DNA of 64,000 nt from Terracidiphilus sp. GTDB taxonomy: Bacteria > Acidobacteriota > Terriglobia > Terriglobales > Acidobacteriaceae. Of the stretch, positions 57,972 to 64,000 are shown one piece after another; position 1 is the first letter of the stretch, and every line of letters begins with the position of its first letter. The stretch covers positions 35,486 to 99,485 of the forward strand of contig DASZLE010000090.1 in the NCBI GenBank assembly GCA_035552475.1. Reading direction: 5' to 3'. Below the pieces are notes generated by a model, which was not told the origin of the DNA, made no database searches, and saw only the letters and a program-made list of their open reading frames with translations. The position numbers and the translations under genes were made by a program.

Positions 57972-58697
57972 GTGACTGGTGTTCAACTCATCTCCGCTCA
58001 AACAGCTAACGACAACGAGGGCAAAACTGCGGCAATAACAGAGATGGATTCAGTCGAACAACCCGATGGCGTTGTGGCGAGAGAGGCTCTCCCGGTCGGC
58101 GCAGAGCGGTCCTTAGAGACCTTCGTGCAGTCCAAGGGGAAGCGATTGTTCGATATCCTTGCCGCACTGGCTCTTTGTGTGCTCACAGCCCCGTTGCTCG
58201 CGATGTTGATGATCCTTGTGCGGATGACATCGAAGGGACCGGCGCTCTATTGGTCTGAACGAGTGGGGAGAAATAACCGGCTGTTTCTGATGCCGAAGTT
58301 CCGTAGCATGCGGACAGACACGCCCCAGATAGCCACGCACTTACTCGTAAACGCCGAAGAGTATCTGACGCCGATCGGCGGCTTTCTCCGTCGCGCAAGC
58401 CTTGATGAAGTTCCGCAGCTGTTCAGCATCCTCCGCGGCGATCTCAGCTTTGTCGGGCCCCGCCCGGCGCTATTCAATCAGACCGACCTGGTGGCCCTTC
58501 GTACGGGACTAGGGATTCACAGGCTCGTACCGGGACTAACGGGTTGGGCCCAGGTGAACGGGCGCGATGAACTTCCCATCCCGGAGAAAGTCCGGTTCGA
58601 TTGCGAATATATGCAACGACAATCGTTCAAATTCGACCTTCAGATCATGATGTTGACGGTTGTCAAAGTGATACGCAGAGAGGGCATCCGCCATTGA
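57972..58697 (+). CDS. Initiating sugar-phosphate transferase (small PGT, bacterial sugar transferase family)
   Basis: KRLFDI, KFRSM, LRRASLDEVPQ, SFVGPRP, PGLTGWAQVNGR; start uncertain. Confidence 0.9.
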   Translation: MTGVQLISAQTANDNEGKTAAITEMDSVEQPDGVVAREALPVGAERSLETFVQSKGKRLFDILAALALCVLTAPLLAMLMILVRMTSKGPALYWSERVGRNNRLFLMPKFRSMRTDTPQIATHLLVNAEEYLTPIGGFLRRASLDEVPQLFSILRGDLSFVGPRPALFNQTDLVALRTGLGIHRLVPGLTGWAQVNGRDELPIPEKVRFDCEYMQRQSFKFDLQIMMLTVVKVIRREGIRH

Positions 58698-58873
58698 GAT
58701 CGCCCAGCGCGATACAGCGCGCCGATCATTCCCTAGGTACCAACCGACGATTGCCACAACGCAAATGCGTAACGCGTGGGCTCAATGCTGTAAGGGCTCA
58801 TCTGCGAAGAATGCGGCCACAAGGTGTGACCGAGATGGAACACCGTGATGTCAGACCTGCTTGGTGACAGACA

Positions 58874-60823
58874 ATGCGTAAAAGACTGAAAGTACTGTTG
58901 AGAAGCAATGGAATACGTTGGGCGATGGTATCGGCCGCGCAAGCGTGGATTTTTGTATTCTCGGGGCTCGCAGCGTTTCTTCTGCGCCTCGATTTCAAAA
59001 TGCCCGCGGTCTACCTTCACCAGATGAGCTATGCCCTTCCAATCTGGATCGTGGTCAAGAGCATTGTCTTTCACATTGCGAAGTCGGACCGGCGCGGGCT
59101 GCGGTACGTCTCCATTGCGGATGCTTATCGGCTGCTGATGGCCAACTTCGTGGGATCTGCGCTAAGTTGTACAGTCATTCTTCTCGTCAGTCCCCAGGTT
59201 CCGCGATCGGTTTACCTTGGCGATCTGATCCTGTCCATAATGGGCACCGCGGGTCTGCGCGTGGCCGTTCGCATGGCGGTGGAATCAATGCACGGCGGAC
59301 AGGGCGCTCACTCTGAGAAGGCAACGTTCATCTATGGAGCGGGCGATTCCGGGATCACGCTGCTGCGCGAGATTCGCATAAACCCGCGATTGAAGTACCA
59401 TGTCTGCGGCTTTCTGGATGACTGTCTGGATAAGAAGGGTCTCCGTATCAACGGCGTGCCGGTGTTGGGCGGAAGCGACGAGGTGGAGGCGCTGATAGCA
59501 GAGTACAGCGTAGAAATCGTGTTGATTGCTGTTCCCTCCGCCACGGGCGCGGAAATGACGCGCATCCTGGAGTCATGCCATGAGGCAGGGGTGGAGTACA
59601 AGACCGTGCCGGGACTCGGAGAGGTGGTTGAAGAATGTGGTCTCGTAGGGCAGATTCGGGATGTTGCGGTTGAAGACTTGCTTGGCCGCAATCTAATACG
59701 GCTTGAATTGAGCCAGATTCGCAACACGCTTGCGGGTAAGGTCGTTCTCGTTTCCGGTGCGGCAGGATCCATTGGTTCCGAGCTATGCCGGCAAATTGCC
59801 CGATTCTCCCCCGCCGGCATCGTCGGACTGGAAATTGCAGAATCCCCGCTTTTCGAAATCGACCGTGAGATGCGCCAAACGTTTCCCTCGATCAAATTCT
59901 ACCCGGAAATTGGGAACATCCAAAACCGCGCTCGGCTGGACGAAATCTTCGGTCAATACAAGCCCAAAGCGGTCTATCATGCCGCGGCGTATAAGCACGT
60001 GCCCCTTATGGAGACGCATGTTTTCGAGGCCATCGAGAACAACGTCTTCGGAACTTACAACCTTGCGGAGGCTGCCGCCGCGCATGGGGTCGAGGACTTT
60101 GTGCTGATCTCATCCGATAAGGCGGTTCGTCCCACCAACGTGATGGGAGCAACCAAGCGCCTTGCAGAACTGATCCTTCTGGCGCTGCAAAACGGCCGCA
60201 CGCGTTATGTGGCGGTAAGGTTTGGCAACGTTCTCGGATCGAATGGCAGCGTGATTCCGATCTTCAAGAAGCAGATCGCTGCGGGTGGTCCAATCACAGT
60301 CACTCATCCGGAGATGCGGCGATTCTTCATGACGATCCCTGAGGCCTGCCAGCTCGTGCTGCAGGCATCCGTCATCGGGAAGGGAGGTCAGATCTGCGTG
60401 CTCGATATGGGACAGCCAGTCAAGATCGTTGATTTGGCCAGGAATCTGATTCTGTTGTCCGGACTCAAACCGGAAAAGGACATCAAGATCCAATTCACCG
60501 GGATGCGCCCCGGCGAGAAGCTCTATGAAGAGTTGAGCACGCTTCTCGAAGACACGGTTCCAACCGAGCACGAGAAAGTCCGGATTTTCATGGGCGACAG
60601 CACACAGGACCAGGATCTGCAAACTTGGCTCGACTCGCTCCGCGAAATCTGCCAGCACCGCGACGTCGGTCGTCTGGCCGTTGCCCTCAAAGAGCTGGTT
60701 CTCGACTATAGCCCCAGCGCGCACCTGCTGAAGAGGATTGTTGGGGATCTCGATCGACACGCGCCTGAAGGGTCTTCAACCTCAACCCCCGATCATCACC
60801 TGAATCTAACTTCTACAAGATAG
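58874..60823 (+). CDS. Membrane-bound UDP-GlcNAc 4,6-dehydratase (CapD/WbpM/PglF family)
   Basis: Four N-terminal TM segments, IYGAGDSG, SGAAGSIGSELCRQ, HAAAYKHVP, SSDKAVRPTNVMGATK, RPGEKLYEE. Confidence 0.92.
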   Translation: MRKRLKVLLRSNGIRWAMVSAAQAWIFVFSGLAAFLLRLDFKMPAVYLHQMSYALPIWIVVKSIVFHIAKSDRRGLRYVSIADAYRLLMANFVGSALSCTVILLVSPQVPRSVYLGDLILSIMGTAGLRVAVRMAVESMHGGQGAHSEKATFIYGAGDSGITLLREIRINPRLKYHVCGFLDDCLDKKGLRINGVPVLGGSDEVEALIAEYSVEIVLIAVPSATGAEMTRILESCHEAGVEYKTVPGLGEVVEECGLVGQIRDVAVEDLLGRNLIRLELSQIRNTLAGKVVLVSGAAGSIGSELCRQIARFSPAGIVGLEIAESPLFEIDREMRQTFPSIKFYPEIGNIQNRARLDEIFGQYKPKAVYHAAAYKHVPLMETHVFEAIENNVFGTYNLAEAAAAHGVEDFVLISSDKAVRPTNVMGATKRLAELILLALQNGRTRYVAVRFGNVLGSNGSVIPIFKKQIAAGGPITVTHPEMRRFFMTIPEACQLVLQASVIGKGGQICVLDMGQPVKIVDLARNLILLSGLKPEKDIKIQFTGMRPGEKLYEELSTLLEDTVPTEHEKVRIFMGDSTQDQDLQTWLDSLREICQHRDVGRLAVALKELVLDYSPSAHLLKRIVGDLDRHAPEGSSTSTPDHHLNLTSTR

Positions 60824-60878
60824 ACGCGGTGCCCGCGCCCGTTCACAAATTGCATGGAATGTTAAGAAAGGCAAGATA

Positions 60879-61202
60879 ATGCACGCATGGGGAGTGGCAC
60901 TGATCGTCGCCTGTGCAATATGGTTTACGGCAGTGATCAGTATTGTCTACCTGATGTTAAAGGCGCCGCCCCTTCCGTGTGAGATATGCGGGTTGCCGGC
61001 CTCCAGGGAAACGGCCCACCGGCGCGACCTGTGCGAGACCTGTTTTCGAAAGTTTCTCCGGACTCCGGTCGCTGAAGACGATGCTCGGCAGACAAATCTA
61101 ACTGCCGATGTTGAAATGCCGTTTGTTGACACCGAAGAGGCACTCCACTCATCCAAAAACAGTTTGTGCGGCACCCATGCTGCCAACGGGCGGACCCATT
61201 AA
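60879..61202 (+). CDS. Small protein with N-terminal TM and CxxC...CxxC motif
   Basis: Hydrophobic N-terminus, CEIC and CETC; AAGG upstream. Confidence 0.5.
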   Translation: MHAWGVALIVACAIWFTAVISIVYLMLKAPPLPCEICGLPASRETAHRRDLCETCFRKFLRTPVAEDDARQTNLTADVEMPFVDTEEALHSSKNSLCGTHAANGRTH

Positions 61203-61397
61203 TCCAATGCAAGAAACTCTTGAAAATTCGAACATAAACCGACTACCGTGACCTCGATCACATGCATTCGTACCTCCTTGGTCTTTACTCCAATAGACGG
61301 CAATCATCCACGCATCGCGTTAACTCGATGCGCCAGATCCGCATTATCTGGGACTGGGAGCCGCGCTCTTGGAACCCTAGGCACTTGGGAGTAGTGA

Positions 61398-61955
61398 ATG
61401 ACGCAAGAAGGGCCCTGGCATGTACTGCACGTGGTAGCCAACCATGAAAAACGAGTCGCCCAGCATTTATCTGTGCGATCCCTGGAATACTATCTACCCC
61501 TCTACACTGAGCGCTCACGGTGGACAGACCGATCCGTCAATGTAGAACGGCCCCTTTTCGTAGGGTATGTGTTCGTTCGGTACCTGCCCCAGGCCCGGAT
61601 TTCCGTCATCTCCACGCCGGGCGTAATCCGCCTCCTTGACGTTCATGACTGCGACGCGGTCTGCACCCGGGAAATCGACAGAATTCGCGAAAGCATGGCA
61701 GGCGGCTATGTCCTGCGACCCCATCCCTATGTATCAGTAGGGACGCGAGTGCGGGTTCGCAATGGAGTATTCGACGGAGTTGAGGGCATGGTGACAGAAT
61801 TTCGCCATCAATGTAAGGTCGTCATTGCCCTTTCCGCGGTCCAGCAATGCTTTTCTCTGGAGGTAGACCTGGGCGACTTAGAGGTTTTGCAAAAGCCGGT
61901 GTCAAGATTCGTCGCAGATGGTATGGGTAATTCACTCAGAGCGTGCCGAGCGTGA
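61398..61955 (+). CDS. NusG-paralogue transcription antiterminator (UpxY/LoaP/RfaH-like)
   Basis: W.VLH...N.EKRV, YLPL, PLFVGYVFV, TPGVIR and KOW motif GTRVRV..G.F.G.EG; GGGAG SD. Confidence 0.9.
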   Translation: MTQEGPWHVLHVVANHEKRVAQHLSVRSLEYYLPLYTERSRWTDRSVNVERPLFVGYVFVRYLPQARISVISTPGVIRLLDVHDCDAVCTREIDRIRESMAGGYVLRPHPYVSVGTRVRVRNGVFDGVEGMVTEFRHQCKVVIALSAVQQCFSLEVDLGDLEVLQKPVSRFVADGMGNSLRACRA

Positions 61956-62037
61956 CAGCTTTAAAGTTATGCACACGATGATCCCGCACCCGCCAGGCCA
62001 AGCTAATTGAGCCCGAGTTAACTCGCCCCAGCAGGTC

Positions 62038-62067
62038 AAAGCCCTCTGCCTTCAGGCGGAGGGCTTT
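62038..62067. terminator. Bidirectional hairpin between the convergent antiterminator and anti-sigma genes
   Basis: AAAGCCCTCTGCC-TTCA-GGCGGAGGGCTTT. Confidence 0.6.
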
Positions 62068-62123
62068 CAGTTTCCCGCCCACACCCGCGCACCCTGGCAA
62101 GCTCATCCATCCCTCCCCGCAGC

Positions 62124-63281
62124 TCACTTCCAAGTCGCTCCGCCGTCCTCTGAAACCCACGCGGTCCCGTCCTCAGCTTCCACCGTAATCCCTCCAGCCG
62201 CGCCTATCCGGATATGCGCAATCGTGTGCGTGCCCGCGCCCTTCTCCGGCAACAAAACCGGCGTCCACGTCGCGCCATTATTTTTTGACCGAAACAGCGC
62301 CGCATTCTCACCGCCGGTCCACACCAGCGCCCCCTCCACCGCGATCGCGTGCATCCGCCCGTTCTGCATCAGTGGAACCCGTTCCCAGCGCCCCGCGCCA
62401 AATGCCCTCTCAGGTTGCCCCTTTGCATTGATCCGCCAGCGCGGCAGCCTAAGATCAAGCTCCGGCACCTTCTCGAGCGCCCGCATGGCGTCGGCGCTCA
62501 CAAGCGCTGTTGTCGGCGTGGGCGCCGCCGCGGACACTGAGACAGTCGTTTGCTCCGAGGCCTTCGCAGCTGCCCTGAGCGCCCCGGCGGACACCGCGGG
62601 CGCCGGTCGAGGCGCCATCCTCGCCGCACCCACTCTGCCGCCCGTCCCTCCGAAATCAGGCGCAACCTGCACCTGTGGCGCGATCTCCGAAAGCTGCACG
62701 GCATTCGCCGCCGTCTGCGGTGCATTCGCGGAGGTGCGCGGCGCATTCCCCTCAGGCGGCGGAACACTAGCCGGGGCCGCAAGCGCCATCACCCGCTGTC
62801 TCGGGGACATGGCTTGTCCCGGGCTCGCCGGCGCTTTCTTCTTCTCTTTCTCGGCAGGAGCTGATTTCTGGCTCGCCGGCGCAGTCTGAACCTCCGGCGC
62901 GGGCGGAGCCTCCTTCACAGCAACCGTGGGAGCCGGCGTTACCTTGCGCATTTCCTGCCGCACCACGATCCCGCTCACCGCCAGCAACACCGCCGCAGCC
63001 GCCAGCCACGGCGCCAGCGTGCGTGCCCCTGCCCGCCGCGTCGGCATCTCCACCACCTGCGCTCCGTGCTCCGCCGCCTCGGCCGCCAGGCCCAAAACCT
63101 GCCGGCATTCCGCGCACGCCGCCAGATGCCCCAGCACGCCCTCCCGCTCACGCGGCATCAGCGAGCCCTCGCGGAACGCCGTCAGCATGTCCGCATCGGG
63201 ATGCGGTCCGCTCGCACCTGTCCCCGTCAGCGCCTGCCGCAACGGATTGTGTCCCCGCTCGCTCACTCTCTCCCCGATCAC
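62124..63281 (-). CDS. Zinc-binding anti-sigma factor (ZAS) with TM and C-terminal BNR/YCF48-like segment
   Basis: HPD...L.AF.EG.L...ER..V..HLAACAEC; one TM; S.N.GATW and SEDGGATW repeats. Confidence 0.85.
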   Translation of the reverse strand: MIGERVSERGHNPLRQALTGTGASGPHPDADMLTAFREGSLMPREREGVLGHLAACAECRQVLGLAAEAAEHGAQVVEMPTRRAGARTLAPWLAAAAVLLAVSGIVVRQEMRKVTPAPTVAVKEAPPAPEVQTAPASQKSAPAEKEKKKAPASPGQAMSPRQRVMALAAPASVPPPEGNAPRTSANAPQTAANAVQLSEIAPQVQVAPDFGGTGGRVGAARMAPRPAPAVSAGALRAAAKASEQTTVSVSAAAPTPTTALVSADAMRALEKVPELDLRLPRWRINAKGQPERAFGAGRWERVPLMQNGRMHAIAVEGALVWTGGENAALFRSKNNGATWTPVLLPEKGAGTHTIAHIRIGAAGGITVEAEDGTAWVSEDGGATWK

Positions 63282-63285
63282 TCCT

Positions 63286-64000
63286 TTAGAACGTCTCCAT
63301 CTTCTTTTCTTGCCCCAGATCTCGCCGTACGTTCACATCCAGGTCCCGAACGTCCAGTTCCGCCAGCAGTTCGTCGCATTGTCGCCGTTCTATTCCCTCT
63401 GCCATCAGCCGCTTCCGCACCCGCTTCCGCAGCGCGGCCGTCACCTTTTCCAGTTTCCGGCTCACGGTGGATTCGTGCACCCCCAGCTGCCGGCCAATCG
63501 ACGCAAGCTTCTGCCCGTCCAGGAAGTAGGCCGCCACCAAGAACCGCTCTTCGCTATCAAGCTCGTGTAAAGCCGCGCTCACCGCCGCATTCAGGCGCGG
63601 ATCGGGCGCCGCGGCCACTGCCTCCGCGGGAGCCGCAAACGCCACCCCCGCCTCCATCTGCTCTTCCAGGCTCGCATCGTTCCTCTGCGCGCGGCAGCGG
63701 TCCACGTGCCGCTGCGCCAGCACCGTCCGCAGCCATCCCCCCAGCGAGCCGCGTCCCATATACGACTCCAGCCGCGATACCCTCCTGCCCTCGCGGTTCT
63801 CCCGCCCGTAAAGCTCCGCCCACAAGCTGTCGGCCAGCTCGCGCCCTGCGGCATCGTCCCGGGTCATCTGCGCGACCGTGCGATGCATTTGCCCGCCAAA
63901 CCGCGCCATCAGCTCCCGCCACGCATCTTCGTTTCCCTCCGCGCAGGCCCGCGCCAGCACCAGCTCTTCCACGTGCAGCCCGGCCGCCAGTTCCTTCTGC
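63286..64000 (-). CDS. ECF-type RNA polymerase sigma factor; 5' end outside window
   Basis: LVLARACAEGNEDAW, GSLGGWLRTV, region-4 HTH IGRQLGVHESTVSR. The frame is open to the window edge, directly upstream of the ZAS gene. Confidence 0.88.
   Translation of the reverse strand, partial: QKELAAGLHVEELVLARACAEGNEDAWRELMARFGGQMHRTVAQMTRDDAAGRELADSLWAELYGRENREGRRVSRLESYMGRGSLGGWLRTVLAQRHVDRCRAQRNDASLEEQMEAGVAFAAPAEAVAAAPDPRLNAAVSAALHELDSEERFLVAAYFLDGQKLASIGRQLGVHESTVSRKLEKVTAALRKRVRKRLMAEGIERRQCDELLAELDVRDLDVNVRRDLGQEKKMETF

Larger units (their letters stand above)
40512..62070 (+). other. Wzx/Wzy-dependent surface polysaccharide locus, compositionally distinct
   Basis: All genes are on the + strand and are visibly more AT-rich than the flanks. 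The set includes export, co-polymerase, flippase, polymerase, glycosyltransferases, initiating transferase and sugar-nucleotide enzymes. Confidence 0.88.

Noticed and set aside
61950-61980. DnaA box (TTATGCACA, 61967-61975) or dif-like site at the locus border
   Set aside because: It is a single isolated box. The XerC-like half (CGTGTGCATAA on the minus strand) has no matching XerD half.
62038-62067. IS200/IS605 end or HEARO/omega-RNA remnant
   Set aside because: The hairpin resembles such ends, but no tnpA/tnpB/iscB sequence or further conserved RNA elements are visible. A bidirectional terminator explains it.

Overview
64-kb GC-rich chromosomal segment, very probably from an Acidobacteriota (Terriglobia-like) bacterium. 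This is inferred from the PadR + duplicated orphan permease pair, the Oar-type TonB-dependent receptor and short intergenic heptamer repeats. Bases 1-40.5 kb hold housekeeping and accessory genes: c-type cytochrome, mpg, bcp, fatty-acid desaturase, fumC, SDR, a ParDE toxin-antitoxin pair, Kdo-hydroxylase-like gene, FAD oxidase, pyrRBC, cmk, mutL, add, kbl, ruvA, HU, permease/PadR, M20 hydrolase, tandem serine hydrolases, TBDR and mnmE. From 40.5 to 62 kb, directly after mnmE, lies a visibly more AT-rich Wzx/Wzy-type surface polysaccharide locus bracketed by an RHH-like gene and a NusG/UpxY paralogue. An ECF sigma/anti-sigma pair ends the window. The most striking signals are: (i) a GTAG-headed REP-like double hairpin inserted in frame inside mpg with its 15-bp head amplified ninefold, plus a covarying sister copy at 26.6 kb; (ii) a ParDE module bracketed by two identical 60-bp hairpin direct repeats; (iii) a ~73-bp non-coding motif present three times, upstream of the desaturase and kbl; (iv) a PLP enzyme + two nucleotidyltransferases + CDP-alcohol phosphotransferase module inside the glycan locus; (v) a doubly deleted and frameshifted UDP-HexNAc 2-epimerase. 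No rRNA, tRNA, CRISPR array, transposase or integrase was recognised. All calls were made by eye from motifs; no database searches were run.
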